A stretch of 64,000 nucleotides of DNA from positions 529,586 to 593,585 of the forward strand of contig JAHBVS010000001.1 in assembly GCA_019637445.1 (NCBI GenBank). The letters run 5' to 3'. Position numbers and translations under genes: made by a program. This DNA comes from Gemmatimonadaceae bacterium (lineage in GTDB: Bacteria > Gemmatimonadota > Gemmatimonadetes > Gemmatimonadales > Gemmatimonadaceae). Numbering within the stretch: the first letter of the stretch is position 1; the number at the start of each line of letters is the position of its first letter. Below are positions 26,946 to 36,944 of the stretch, piece after piece. The notes below the pieces were generated by a model that was not told the origin of the DNA, did not search any database, and saw only the letters and a program-made list of their open reading frames with translations.

Positions 26946-27799
26946 AGCTCGTACCGTCGGCGATAGCGGAGCTGCCCGGTGGCGCGGCCGCCTGCGTCAT
27001 AGAGCCGGAGGCGCGGATACGCGCCGCCAGGGATCCAGCCGTCGAGCGGCGAGAGCGGGAAGAAGTCGCCGTTGCACTCGGCATCCGCACCGGTCCACAC
27101 GCCGGCGATCATGCGCTCCACCCGCGGCGCCACGCCCTCGGTGGAAATCCGGTAGCGTGCGGTCGCGTCCGTCGACCAGTCCAGCGTGGCCGAGAGCGTG
27201 AGCGTGCGGAGCACGTTGCCGCCAGCGTCCTCGTACAGGACCTGCGGCGCCACCACCGTGCCGAGCTCGGAGCCGAGGATCTCCAGCGTCCAGGGGCTCG
27301 GGAGCAGCTTGCCGAGCGGCAGCGGCGTCGAGCCCTGCCCGATCGCCAGCAGCTGCGGCTCCCGGTCGCGCCAGGTGGGATCCGCCGCGCGAAATCGGAG
27401 CGTGAGGCTCACGCTCTTGCTCGCGCCATCCTGCTCGGCGAGCGACGGCGTCGCGACGTCGACCTGCGTGACGCCCGTGCGCTCCACGAGGATCATGCGG
27501 TCCGCTGCATCGACCGCGCGCAGTTCCACAAGCCCGCGGCCCGAGAGCGCGAGGATGGTCTCGACCTTGTCGAGCACGTCGGCGCGGCCGGTGCCTCGCA
27601 CCTCGCCGACGATCTCGATCGTGCGCACGGCCGCCTGCCGCGGCGCGCCGGCGTCGAGTTCGCCCGCCACGCCCGGCAGCTGCAGGCCGCGCGTCTCGAA
27701 GGCGAGGCCGTTGCGGCGGCCGGAGCTCCCCGGCGCCGGCAGGAAGCCGAGGGCGCCGAGGCTCTCGCCGTTCAGGTAGTAGGAGGGCCGCCGGCTCAC
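26942..27799 (-). CDS. Distal tail (Dit)-like protein
   Basis: Immediately after tape measure; RTIEIVGEV, FRAADPTW, YRRRY end. Confidence 0.7.
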   Translation of the reverse strand: MSRRPSYYLNGESLGALGFLPAPGSSGRRNGLAFETRGLQLPGVAGELDAGAPRQAAVRTIEIVGEVRGTGRADVLDKVETILALSGRGLVELRAVDAADRMILVERTGVTQVDVATPSLAEQDGASKSVSLTLRFRAADPTWRDREPQLLAIGQGSTPLPLGKLLPSPWTLEILGSELGTVVAPQVLYEDAGGNVLRTLTLSATLDWSTDATARYRISTEGVAPRVERMIAGVWTGADAECNGDFFPLSPLDGWIPGGAYPRLRLYDAGGRATGQLRYRRRYEL

Positions 27800-30594
27800 C
27801 GGATCCTCGGCGTGGCCCACACGTCGCCCGCGGCGCGCTTGGCGCGGAGGACGTCCTGGAAGAGGACATCGGAGACCGCATCGCGGAAGGCCTGCCCTGC
27901 GAACAGTCCGACCTCGCGCGCATCCGCGCCGGCGGGAGCGTGCACCACGATGCTGCCAGCGTCGAAGTTCACGATCATCGTGACGCCGCCGGCGCGCGCG
28001 CCGCCCTGGGCGCCCGGCACGAAGCCCGCTGGCACCGTGAGCGGCGTGCCGGCCAGTGCGCTCAGGTACAGCAGCTGCGCCTTCAGCGTGTCGTGGATCT
28101 GCTGGCGCTGCAGCTCGGCCGTGCGCGACGAACCCACGATCGCACGCAAGTAGTCGGCCATGCGCTCGCCCGCCGCCTCGGTCAGCCCGCGGAATCCGCT
28201 GATGCCGCCGAGGCTGGAGCCCGGCCGCGCGACGGCACCGCCGATCTCCTCAAGGCCGCCGAGGATCTCCAGCAGCTGGTCGAGGAACTCTTGGCCCTTC
28301 AGGCCGCCCATCTGTTCGCGGCTGAGGCGATCGCCACCCGCCTCCATCAGCTCGATCAGCCGCTCGATCTCCTTACGCACGGCCTCGCGCCCCTCCTCGG
28401 TCGAGAGGTCGATGCCGGCCATCAGTTGCTCGATCGCCGGCGACAGGTCGCGCGCCGGCTGCGTGCGCATCAGCAGCTTCTCGATCGGGTCCGTGATCCC
28501 CTTCGCCGCGATGCGCGCGTCCTGCAGCGTGCGCCGCTCGCCGTACGAGTCGCCGAACTCCGTGATCTTGTCACCGCTCTGTTCGAGTTGCTGCACGAAG
28601 GCCTCGAGCGCGGGGATGCCCCCACCCTCGAGCGTGATCCCGAACTCCTTCGCCACGCGCGAGAGCTCGGCCCAGTCGATGCCCAGGTCGCTGGCGAGGC
28701 CCTCGAGGTCGAGCCCGCTCACGTCCATGCGGCCGAGGCGCCGCCGGGATTCGCGTGCGATGCGCCCCGCGTCGCTCGAGGCGGCCCCGACGCCCGTGCC
28801 GCTGACGTCGAGCCCGAGGAGTCCCATTCGGTCGGTGAGCCGACGGATCGCCTCGGTGTTCTCGCGCTGTATCCGCTTGCGCTCGCGCACCGCAGGGTTG
28901 TCGCCGAAGAGCGTGGTGCCGATGGTGGCAAGGGCGCCTATGAACGGCAGGGCGGCCTTGCCGACGCTGAGGCCAGCCGCAGCCGTGGTGATCACGTTGC
29001 CCGCGGCGTCCTTGAAGGAGCCGCCGCCGTCACGCGCCTTCCGCAGGTTCCCGAGGGCCTCAAGGATGCCGGGCGCGCTCGTGCCCATCTGGGCGACCGC
29101 GCGCAGCGTGTCGACCACTTCGCGCTTCACGCCGCCCCACGCGCCCGCCATCTGCAGCACGCCGTCGATGACTTGCCCGAGCTCGCGCGCCTGATCGGAC
29201 AAGGAGCGCGTGACCTTCTTGACCTCGTCGTCCTGCTCCTTCAGGAGCGCGAGGATCTGCGCATGGGCCTTCTTCGCCATCTCCAGTGCCTTCTCGCGGT
29301 CCTTCTCGCTCCGCGACTCATCGTTGGCGATGGCCAGCGCCTCGTCGCGGACGGCGCGAAGACTCGCGATCGTGCCGGCGTGCGTGCCCGTGAGGCCCTG
29401 CTCCTCGGTGGACGCGATGCTGTCCCACAACTGTGCGAACTCGCCAGACGACATGGCCGAGGCGGCCTCTCGCAGCAGATCATTGAGCTCGAGTGCCTGG
29501 TCCCTGGCGTTGCGCAGCAGCGGGATGTCAGCATCCCGCCCGGATTCACGCGCGAACTGCTCAAGCTCCATGAAGGAGCGCCGGATCTCGTCGGACGCGC
29601 CAGTGAAGCCCTCAGTGAGCGCCTGCTCGAGCCTGGCGTTCCACGCCGTAATCGCCTCGTTGAAGCGCTTGTCGATGTCGGCCAACCGCTTGTCGGCTTC
29701 CTCCTTCTCGCGCTGCGCCGCGTCGGAGGCCTTCTTGCCGGCCTTCTCGTCCGCCTCCTCGCGCGCACGCGCCAACTCGTTCTCCGCCTTGAACGCCTGC
29801 TGCGCGATGCGGTCGTCGTAGACGTTCCGCGCACGGTTGCGGCGCTTCTCGACCTCTGGCGCCAGCCGGTCCATCGCAGCCAGGTCCTCCTTCATCCGCG
29901 TGTACATCTCGCCCGTCTGACTCGCGAGGAACGAGGTAACCGCGGCGCGGTCCTGTGCCTGCGCCTCTTCGAACATCTGCTGCAGCGGCACGAGTTGCTG
30001 TGCCACCTGCGCCCGGTATTGGGCGATGCCCTGCATGCCGAGGCGGGCGAAGTCGTCGCGCGCCTCGGCGGCCGCCTCCGCCCGCTCGGCTGGATCGGCG
30101 CTACCGAGTCGCTGCCGCAGCCGATAGTCGCCGGTGTCGAGAGCCCGGACCCGGTCCGCGGCGCCCGCGAGATCGAGCTGCTCCATGCGCGCGAACTCTT
30201 CCCGGGTCTCGCGCGCGGTCCGCGCCGCCTCCTCGCGGATCCGCGTGAACATCTGGATGATCGCGAGCGTCGAGATCCCGATGGCACCCACGATCGCCCC
30301 GTTCTTGCCGAAGGCGAAGGCCATGCTGGAGACGTTGTTGATGACCTGCTTGGCGGTCTCGCCGCTGATCTTGCCCTGGCGCGCCATCGTCTCGGACGTC
30401 ATGGCGATCGCGCGCATCGCGTTCGCCTGCTTCGACGCTACCACGTCGGCCCCGCTGCCCGCCGTCCGCCCGCTCGAGCGCGCCTTCCCCTCGAACTTCT
30501 CCAGCTCCACCCCACCCTCGCGCAGCGCGCGCCGGAGCTTCTCCGTCGACGCGTCGATCTCGACGAGCAGGGACTTGATAAGCTGCTGGTTCAC
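27796..30594 (-). CDS. Tail tape measure protein (~932 aa)
   Basis: LLVEIDASTEKL N-terminus, long Ala-rich helical sequence, canonical position. Confidence 0.9.
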   Translation of the reverse strand: MNQQLIKSLLVEIDASTEKLRRALREGGVELEKFEGKARSSGRTAGSGADVVASKQANAMRAIAMTSETMARQGKISGETAKQVINNVSSMAFAFGKNGAIVGAIGISTLAIIQMFTRIREEAARTARETREEFARMEQLDLAGAADRVRALDTGDYRLRQRLGSADPAERAEAAAEARDDFARLGMQGIAQYRAQVAQQLVPLQQMFEEAQAQDRAAVTSFLASQTGEMYTRMKEDLAAMDRLAPEVEKRRNRARNVYDDRIAQQAFKAENELARAREEADEKAGKKASDAAQREKEEADKRLADIDKRFNEAITAWNARLEQALTEGFTGASDEIRRSFMELEQFARESGRDADIPLLRNARDQALELNDLLREAASAMSSGEFAQLWDSIASTEEQGLTGTHAGTIASLRAVRDEALAIANDESRSEKDREKALEMAKKAHAQILALLKEQDDEVKKVTRSLSDQARELGQVIDGVLQMAGAWGGVKREVVDTLRAVAQMGTSAPGILEALGNLRKARDGGGSFKDAAGNVITTAAAGLSVGKAALPFIGALATIGTTLFGDNPAVRERKRIQRENTEAIRRLTDRMGLLGLDVSGTGVGAASSDAGRIARESRRRLGRMDVSGLDLEGLASDLGIDWAELSRVAKEFGITLEGGGIPALEAFVQQLEQSGDKITEFGDSYGERRTLQDARIAAKGITDPIEKLLMRTQPARDLSPAIEQLMAGIDLSTEEGREAVRKEIERLIELMEAGGDRLSREQMGGLKGQEFLDQLLEILGGLEEIGGAVARPGSSLGGISGFRGLTEAAGERMADYLRAIVGSSRTAELQRQQIHDTLKAQLLYLSALAGTPLTVPAGFVPGAQGGARAGGVTMIVNFDAGSIVVHAPAGADAREVGLFAGQAFRDAVSDVLFQDVLRAKRAAGDVWATPRIR

Positions 30595-31442
30595 GCGTCG
30601 CTCCCGCGCGCGGCCGCCATGCCCTCGCGCACGGTCTGCGCGCGGGCCAGCGCGCCGGCGAGGAAGCTGCGAATGGTGACGTTGCACATGAGCTTCCGCG
30701 ACGACTTGCCGTTCTCGCTGGAGTAGCTGCCGACGAAGCCGGCCAGCGGCAGGCGCGTGCTGCCGGGTCGCTCGTCGCCCGGGAAGGCCTGCGAGAGCAG
30801 GTCGAGGTCGTGGCGGTTCACCTGCAGGTGCGCCACGACCAACGCCACGAGATCGGCACCCCGCAGCTTCGCCGTCCACTCGGGCGGCTGCGGATCCGCG
30901 TCGGTCTCGGCGAACGGCGTGCCGGGCCCGGGGTGCGTGACAATCCACGCGAAGAGGCGGACGCAGCGCGCCGAGAGGAGCGCGCCCACCATGTGCACGC
31001 CGACGGCGCTTGCCTCGGGCGAGCCATCCTCCGCCAGCAGGTCCTGCACGGCGTGCATCTCGCGGCGCACCCGCTGCAGCTCGAGGTCGAGCGCGTCGAG
31101 CAGGAAGAGCGTGTCGAGGCTCTTCGGGTGCACGTGCACCGTGTCGCCGCTGGCGAGCTCCACGGGCAGTGCGTGGTCTGCGAGGGCCTCGTGGAGCAGC
31201 TGCTCGATCGAGCGGTCATCCGCGACCTTCGGCGCACTGCCCTTCCGTTCGGCCAGCCAGAGCGCGTGCGCGAACCACGCGTCGGCGCCGGCGTCCTCAG
31301 CCGGGCGCCGGTCCTCCAGCTCCTCCTCGCCCGCGCGCCCCAGCGCCAGGACCTCCCGCTGCAACAGTTCCGTCGCGTTCCGGAGCTGCGGCAGCGGAAG
31401 GCCTGGCGCGGGCCCAGTCGCCGGGGCGTCCCCCGTCGTCAC
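30591..31442 (-). CDS. Tail assembly chaperone candidate
   Basis: Between tail tube and tape measure. Confidence 0.55.
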   Translation of the reverse strand: MTTGDAPATGPAPGLPLPQLRNATELLQREVLALGRAGEEELEDRRPAEDAGADAWFAHALWLAERKGSAPKVADDRSIEQLLHEALADHALPVELASGDTVHVHPKSLDTLFLLDALDLELQRVRREMHAVQDLLAEDGSPEASAVGVHMVGALLSARCVRLFAWIVTHPGPGTPFAETDADPQPPEWTAKLRGADLVALVVAHLQVNRHDLDLLSQAFPGDERPGSTRLPLAGFVGSYSSENGKSSRKLMCNVTIRSFLAGALARAQTVREGMAAARGSDA

Positions 31443-31451
31443 CGGACCCCC

Positions 31452-32900
31452 TTACCACATCAGCTGCGTGAGCAGCTGGTTGCGGAAGGTGAGCGGGATG
31501 CCCGAGACGTCGTTCTTGCTGAGCATGAGCTCGAGCGTCTCGAGCCCGTTGTCGACCCCGGAGCCGATGAAGTGCACGGTCTTGGTGTCCTTGCGCTGCG
31601 CCGTGACGCCCCAGCCGATCGGCGCATCCGTACCGGCCAGGTCGCTCTCGGTCAGCCGGTCGCCGAAGATCGCGCCCGTCGGGAGACCGCGCTGGAGGCG
31701 CAGGTTCTCGAGGGTGAGCGCCGTGGGCTGGAACTGCATCGTGAAGAGCGCCGAGCCCGCCAGGTGGCCGGCGGCAACGCGCGCGTTGTCGAACTTGAGC
31801 TGGCGCACCGAGCCGCCCACGCGGAACTCGGTGGTGCCTTCCTTCAGGCCGGCGAAGGGCACGTACTCGAGCTCCACCACAGTCGAGCCCGCAGGGAAGG
31901 CGTAGGCGGCGCGCGTGCGCACCGTCATCGCGAGCGAGGCGAGCGACTGCGCCAGCACGATCTGCGAGCGGCCGCCGCCCGTCACCACGTAGTACTTGCC
32001 GCCGGCGACACCAGTGGCGGCCGTGAGGTCGAAGATGTTCGCGTCGAGCGCCGTGGCCCCGGTGAGCGTGGTCGACAGCCCGCCCGAGAGCACGCGGAAG
32101 TACCCGGCGGAGATCAGCGCCTCGATGCGCTGGGCGTTCCGGACCTGCTGCGTGAAGCCGGTCAGGAAGTTCGGCACGGCCTCGATGACGTGGCCGTGGT
32201 TCGCCGCGGCGAAACGGCCGGCGAGCGTCTGCTCGCGGCCCTGGCCGAAGGGCACGACGATCTGCGTATAGTCGGCGCTGCAGGCGTCGTAGCGGTGCTG
32301 CAGGAAGGTGCCGTCCTTCTTGCGGCCCGTGAGGACGATGAAGGTCTCCTCGCTGCAGAAGTCCGTGCCGTCCGTGTGCACCTGCGTGGGATCCGCCTGC
32401 GAGGCCGCGCCGAGCACGCGCGAGAGCGGCATGCCGGTCAGCAGCGCGAAGTGCCATGGGCTGTAGCCCTGCAGGTCGAACTGGCCGGCGGGCATCAGGT
32501 GGCCGAGTCGGCGGCCGTCCGGGTTGCGACCGACGTCGGTCTCGTTGTCGGCGACGTCGGCGCTGTCGGCGCGCCGCACGTTGAGGCAGTTGCCGAGGTC
32601 CCATGCTTCGAGCTCGCGCACCGCCTCGCCGGTGACGTGGGCGCGCTTGAGGGTGGGGGTGAGCAGGTTGATCGTCGAGCCCGCCGGGGAACCCGCCTGG
32701 GTGACGAGCTCGGCGTCCTCCTCGCTACCGACGGCCAGCGGGTCGAAGGAGCTCAGGCCCGTGGTCGACGCGACGGTGAACGCTGCGGCGCCGGCGGCCG
32801 CGTTCGCGGTGAGCGTGGTCGCTCCGCCGCCGATCTTGGGGCGGAGCGCGATGACGCTGGCGACGAAGTCGCCGATCTTGTTTCGCAAGGGAACGAGCAT
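31452..32900 (-). CDS. Major tail tube protein with internal duplication
   Basis: Position; two similar halves each with a TTLT-type inserted beta domain. Confidence 0.7.
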   Translation of the reverse strand: MLVPLRNKIGDFVASVIALRPKIGGGATTLTANAAAGAAAFTVASTTGLSSFDPLAVGSEEDAELVTQAGSPAGSTINLLTPTLKRAHVTGEAVRELEAWDLGNCLNVRRADSADVADNETDVGRNPDGRRLGHLMPAGQFDLQGYSPWHFALLTGMPLSRVLGAASQADPTQVHTDGTDFCSEETFIVLTGRKKDGTFLQHRYDACSADYTQIVVPFGQGREQTLAGRFAAANHGHVIEAVPNFLTGFTQQVRNAQRIEALISAGYFRVLSGGLSTTLTGATALDANIFDLTAATGVAGGKYYVVTGGGRSQIVLAQSLASLAMTVRTRAAYAFPAGSTVVELEYVPFAGLKEGTTEFRVGGSVRQLKFDNARVAAGHLAGSALFTMQFQPTALTLENLRLQRGLPTGAIFGDRLTESDLAGTDAPIGWGVTAQRKDTKTVHFIGSGVDNGLETLELMLSKNDVSGIPLTFRNQLLTQLMW

Positions 32901-32903
32901 CGG

Positions 32904-33149
32904 TTACTCCTCGTCGGTGTCGGGCGCCTCGACCACCGGCGCGTCAGGAGCCGGCGGCGCCGGCGGATCGGTGATGCTGATGACCTCGGCGAGCCCGGCG
33001 TCCTCGAGCTCCTGGGCCCGCACGAGCGGCACGTTCCAGACGGAATCGAAGTCGTAGACCTGCTTGTCGGTGAGCGTGGGGCCGACGGTCTCGAGCATCC
33101 GCACGGTGGCGGTCGGCTCGGGCGTCGGCGTGGCGGCGGTGTCGGACAT
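32904..33149 (-). CDS. Small hypothetical virion-region protein
   Basis: 81-aa ORF in head-tail region. Confidence 0.6.
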   Translation of the reverse strand: MSDTAATPTPEPTATVRMLETVGPTLTDKQVYDFDSVWNVPLVRAQELEDAGLAEVISITDPPAPPAPDAPVVEAPDTDEE

Positions 33150-33174
33150 CTGGGGCTCCGGGAAGGGCGATGGG

Positions 33175-33759
33175 TCAGGGCGTGGCGATGGCGAGCGGGT
33201 CGAGCTCGGCCCAGCGGTCGGTCACCTGCAGCTCCAGGATCACGGCGCCGCAGAGGGTGTCGACCTCGCTGAGGGCGAAGACGGTGGACAGCACGCGCAG
33301 GCTGGACCCGGCGACGGCGCTCACGACCTGCACGCCGCGCAGCGAGCGCTCCTCGTACGGGATGCGCTCCAGCCACAGGCCGACCGAGGCACGCACGGCG
33401 CGCAGCGTGGCAGACAGCCGCCGGTTCTCGATCTGGCGCGTGTAGATCGCCTGGCGCGGATAGAGCACGAGCACCGAGCACCCCACACGGCCGTCGGCCG
33501 TGACGATCTCGGGGTTGCCCGGTGCGCTGAACTCGGTGACATCGTCGCCGCGGCGCACCAGCACCAGCGGGCCCTTCTCGTAGGCCGCCGGCGGGATCGG
33601 CATGCCGGGCAGGTAGTCGATCTCGAACTCCGAGACGACCGTCACCTCTTCCACGGCCGGGTCGCCCGGGGGCAACGGCACGGAGGGCGAGAGGGCGGCG
33701 ACCCCGTACTGCGGGTCGCGCAGGTGCGTCGTGAGGAGCTCGCAGACTTCGTAGATCAT
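33175..33759 (-). CDS. Tail terminator / neck protein candidate
   Basis: Position before tail tube; coupled to upstream gene. Confidence 0.55.
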   Translation of the reverse strand: MIYEVCELLTTHLRDPQYGVAALSPSVPLPPGDPAVEEVTVVSEFEIDYLPGMPIPPAAYEKGPLVLVRRGDDVTEFSAPGNPEIVTADGRVGCSVLVLYPRQAIYTRQIENRRLSATLRAVRASVGLWLERIPYEERSLRGVQVVSAVAGSSLRVLSTVFALSEVDTLCGAVILELQVTDRWAELDPLAIATP

Positions 33760-34079
33760 GGGCGCCCACCGCCGAGCTGGCAGGCGAGGAGCAGGCCGTC
33801 GTCGATGGGCTCGACCGGTCCGAGCAGATAGGTGCGGCCATCGGCCGCGCTCGCGGCTCCCAGCGCACCGACGACGACGGTTGCACCCTGGGCGATGCCC
33901 GGGACGGCATCCTTCTGGACGTACAGCGTGCGACCGATGCGCTGGCCCTCGGTGCCGGCGATCGGGATCATCGAGCCCTGCTCGTCGACGATGCCGCGCG
34001 TGCCCGCACCCCCGAGCGTCACGGGATGCGTGAGCTCGGGGATGCTGAGCATGTCGGCCACCATCGCGGCGAGGCTCAC
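33756..34079 (-). CDS. Head-tail joining protein (gpFII-like)
   Basis: 107-aa beta-rich protein after capsid genes. Confidence 0.6.
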   Translation of the reverse strand: MSLAAMVADMLSIPELTHPVTLGGAGTRGIVDEQGSMIPIAGTEGQRIGRTLYVQKDAVPGIAQGATVVVGALGAASAADGRTYLLGPVEPIDDGLLLACQLGGGRP

Positions 34080-34453
34080 GACGCGGACTCCTCCTCGTCG
34101 TCTTCCTCGTCGTCAGCGCCGTCGCCCTTGGTGAGTGCCTCGAGGCGGGCGTCGATCGCGGCGAGCACGGTGGGGCGCGCGCCGTTGGCCTGCTCCTCCT
34201 CCTGGATCTGCAGGAGCTGCTCGATGCTCGTCGCGGCCTTCACCTTCTCGATCGTGGCCTTCGCGTTCAGGCGCTCGGCGGCGTTCGCCTTCGCGGGCTC
34301 CGGCGCCTCGACGCGCTCGATCGCCGGCGGATCCATGGCGAGCAGGCGCTCGGCCGTGTCCGCCGGGAGCGCCACGAGGCTGCCGGTGCGGTACGTCTTG
34401 TCGTCGCGGTCGATGCGGCAGAGCGCGCGGTATTCCGTGGTCTTCGGCTGCAT
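34076..34453 (-). CDS. Capsid-associated / packaging helper protein
   Basis: YRTGSLVALP.. N-domain and EEEQANGARPTVLAAI helix, directly after capsid gene. Confidence 0.55.
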   Translation of the reverse strand: MQPKTTEYRALCRIDRDDKTYRTGSLVALPADTAERLLAMDPPAIERVEAPEPAKANAAERLNAKATIEKVKAATSIEQLLQIQEEEQANGARPTVLAAIDARLEALTKGDGADDEEDDEEESAS

Positions 34454-34473
34454 GGGGTCCTCGGTGGGGCTGT

Positions 34474-34508
34474 GGTGCTGCCGGCCACCCTGTGTGGCCG
34501 GCAGCACC
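34474..34508. terminator. Perfect 15-bp hairpin after major capsid gene
   Basis: GGTGCTGCCGGCCAC-N5-GTGGCCGGCAGCACC; no U-tract, may be attenuator or stabiliser. Confidence 0.55.
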
Positions 34509-34536
34509 GGTCAGCGGCTCAGTGCGTCCCGGCGGA

Positions 34537-35583
34537 TCAGCTGCCGCCGTTCAGCACTTCCATCGAGGCCGACGCGTTGGGCCGGAAGGGCACCATCAGC
34601 GCGGCGGACTGCATCAGCATCCAGCGCACCGCCGGATCCGGCTCCTTCCAGCTCTTCGGGAAGTACGGCACCGCCTGGAAGCCGGCGTCCTCGTCGCGGA
34701 TGGCGGCGAAGCAGCGCGTGCCCTCGACCTCGTCCGCGGTGAGCACCACCTCGCCGGAGGGCATCAGGTGCTTCTCGGTGGCATCGACGGGGTCGATGTA
34801 GAGGTCGTCGTAGACGTAGTAGTCCACGGTGCCGATGGTCCCGAGGTAGCGGGCCTTCTCACCGTTGCCCGGCGCGAGGTCGAAGGTCGAGCTCGTCGAC
34901 GCGCGGCGGTAGTCGACCAGCAGCTTCCACTCGTCGCGCGCGAGCAGCCGTGTGCGGAACGCCTGGTAGGCGTCGGGTGCGAAGGTCACGCGCCGCAGCA
35001 CGGCGCCGCCCTGGGCCATCATCGCGTTGGCCATGGTCTCGATCTGCGAGAGCGGATCGGACTCCGTCTGGCTCCACCGCGCGGTCCCCGTCTTCACGGC
35101 GCGCAGGTCGGTGTGGCGGCCGAAGCTCACGACGGCCGTCTTGAAGCCCTCGCCGGAGACCGTCACCTGGCCCAGGCGCAGCGCCTCGGCGGCCTGCACC
35201 TCCATGCGGTACTTCAGCATCTCGACCTGGTCCTCGAGCGTCATGCCGACCATCAGCTGCAGGCGCTGGTCGGGCGAGAGCTCGCCGCCGATGCGCTCGC
35301 CGATGGCGCGCTTCAGGGGGCGCGACGCGTCGAAGCGGCGCTTGTCCTTGAGGTAGGGCGGCTTGAACGTCTTGGTGACGAAACCGCGGTCCTCGACGAC
35401 CTTGCCGGCGATGAGCGGCGAGACGTACGGCGTCAGCCGCGGCTTGCGCTCGTCGAGGTCGAAGTGGATCTCCTCGCTGGGGTCGCGGAGCTCGGTCCGG
35501 AACTCCGTGTCGAGGAAGTGCTGGGGCGTGGTGCGCAGGTCCTTCACCACCCCCGCGAGATAGTTCGTACTGAAGAGGTCCAT
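34537..35583 (-). CDS. Major capsid protein, lambda gpE family
   Basis: FLDTEF, EEIHFD, RLTPYVSPL, FKPPYLK, SAALMVP motifs. Confidence 0.92.
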   Translation of the reverse strand: MDLFSTNYLAGVVKDLRTTPQHFLDTEFRTELRDPSEEIHFDLDERKPRLTPYVSPLIAGKVVEDRGFVTKTFKPPYLKDKRRFDASRPLKRAIGERIGGELSPDQRLQLMVGMTLEDQVEMLKYRMEVQAAEALRLGQVTVSGEGFKTAVVSFGRHTDLRAVKTGTARWSQTESDPLSQIETMANAMMAQGGAVLRRVTFAPDAYQAFRTRLLARDEWKLLVDYRRASTSSTFDLAPGNGEKARYLGTIGTVDYYVYDDLYIDPVDATEKHLMPSGEVVLTADEVEGTRCFAAIRDEDAGFQAVPYFPKSWKEPDPAVRWMLMQSAALMVPFRPNASASMEVLNGGS

Positions 35584-35643
35584 CGGTCGGCTCCGTGAGG
35601 GAAAGGGGGCGGGCGGATTGCCCGCACCCCGGGGTGGTGGCGG

Positions 35644-36291
35644 CTAGGCCGCGATGGTGGGCTTGAGGAAGATCCCGCGGGCCTCGAGGGCGGCGCGGAT
35701 GGTGGCGAGGGTGTGGCCGGTGCCGAGCGTGAGCGCGGCCTCGTTGAACTCACCGGTGCGGTAGAGCGAGGTCTTCTGCTCCGCGCTCGTCGCGTCGGTG
35801 TCGATCGCGAGGATGCCGACGGGCACCTGCGAACCGTCGACGGCCGCGGCGGCGGAGAGCTTGTACTTCCCGCTCCCGGCGGCGACGGTGATGGTGATGA
35901 CGTCACCGATGTCCGCGTCCTCGGAGCCGTCGCCGACGGTGCCGTTGATGTGGTCGCTCACGTACGGGACGGCGACCGTGAGGTCCGCCAGGCGCGAGCC
36001 GTCGGGCGCGTAGACGGCGAAGGTGCCGGCGTTGGCCGACTCGGCGATGCAGACGAGGCGATACGCGCCCACCTGCGTGCGGCTGCCAGGCGTCCAAGCG
36101 CCGAGCGCGCCGTTCACGTCACCCGTGACCACGGCGGGCGTGAGGGCACCGATCGTCTCGCAGCCGAGGACGGCACCGCGCGTCCGGTTCTCGGTCGCGA
36201 TGAGGGTGATCGGCGTGGTCGGACGCTCGGAGTCGCCGGCGAGGAGCCGGTCGGGCGCCGGACTGGTGGCGGAACTGAAGGACGTGTCCAT
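35644..36291 (-). CDS. Head decoration protein (lambda gpD family) with inserted beta domain
   Basis: DRLLAG...RGAVLG N-part and DGSQVPVGILA...GEFNEAAL C-part. Confidence 0.85.
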   Translation of the reverse strand: MDTSFSSATSPAPDRLLAGDSERPTTPITLIATENRTRGAVLGCETIGALTPAVVTGDVNGALGAWTPGSRTQVGAYRLVCIAESANAGTFAVYAPDGSRLADLTVAVPYVSDHINGTVGDGSEDADIGDVITITVAAGSGKYKLSAAAAVDGSQVPVGILAIDTDATSAEQKTSLYRTGEFNEAALTLGTGHTLATIRAALEARGIFLKPTIAA

Positions 36292-36347
36292 GGGTGGTCT
36301 CGCTGAAGGGGTGTGCGGGGTGGTCGGTCAGTCGGTGCTGCGTGTGG

Positions 36348-36944
36348 TCAGTTGCGGCGCGCGGCGGCAGCGCCGCGGCGCTGCGTCGGGCTGTGCTCCT
36401 GCAGGAGCGCAATCGTCGGCGCACCGTCCTTCTCGGCGGTCGGCGTGCCGTCGCCCTGCGTGGGCGCGGTGATCGTCGCCTCGGCGCCGGCCATCGCGGC
36501 GAGCGCCTGCGCGCCCGTCTGCTGGCTGGCGGCAAGGAAGGCCTTCGCGGCCTCGCCCTCCGCCTGGCCGGACTCGAGCGCTGTGCGCAGCGCCGGCGCG
36601 ATCGCCTTCGGCGCGAGAGCGATGACGGCCTTCACGCGCTCGCGTTCCGCCTTGCGCGCGCCGCGGCGGGCCCGGCGACGGATCCGCGCGACCATGGTGG
36701 CGTTGGCCGTCACGAACGCGCGCTCGGCCTTGCGGGCCTGCTCCTCGTCGTCCTCCTCGGCCATCTCGTCGTCCTCCTCCTCGGAGGCCTCCGCGTCATC
36801 CTCGTCCTCGTCGGGCTGCTCGCCCTCGGCGCGCTGCTGCTTCTCCTTCTCCTCTTCCTCGGCGCGCTTCCGCGCCTCCTCGTCGTCCTTGTTCTCGTCG
36901 GTCGCGCGCGCGGTGCCGGCGGCCTTGGGGGGTGTCGGGGGCAT
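36348..36944 (-). CDS. Nested in-frame scaffolding protein (Nu3-like), 198 aa
   Basis: AAGGAG 6 nt before internal ATG (MPPTPP) after a T/A linker. Confidence 0.65.
   Translation of the reverse strand: MPPTPPKAAGTARATDENKDDEEARKRAEEEEKEKQQRAEGEQPDEDEDDAEASEEEDDEMAEEDDEEQARKAERAFVTANATMVARIRRRARRGARKAERERVKAVIALAPKAIAPALRTALESGQAEGEAAKAFLAASQQTGAQALAAMAGAEATITAPTQGDGTPTAEKDGAPTIALLQEHSPTQRRGAAAARRN

Noticed and set aside
30591-31452. Programmed -1 frameshift (lambda G/GT type) in the tail chaperone
   Set aside because: No XXXYYYZ slippery heptamer found by eye and a single ORF fills the interval; a formal scan is still advisable
22447-33272. Very long + strand ORFs (22447..25905, 27940..30726, 30810..33272)
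   Set aside because: Antisense shadows of tail genes in high-GC DNA; R/A/G-rich with no motifs
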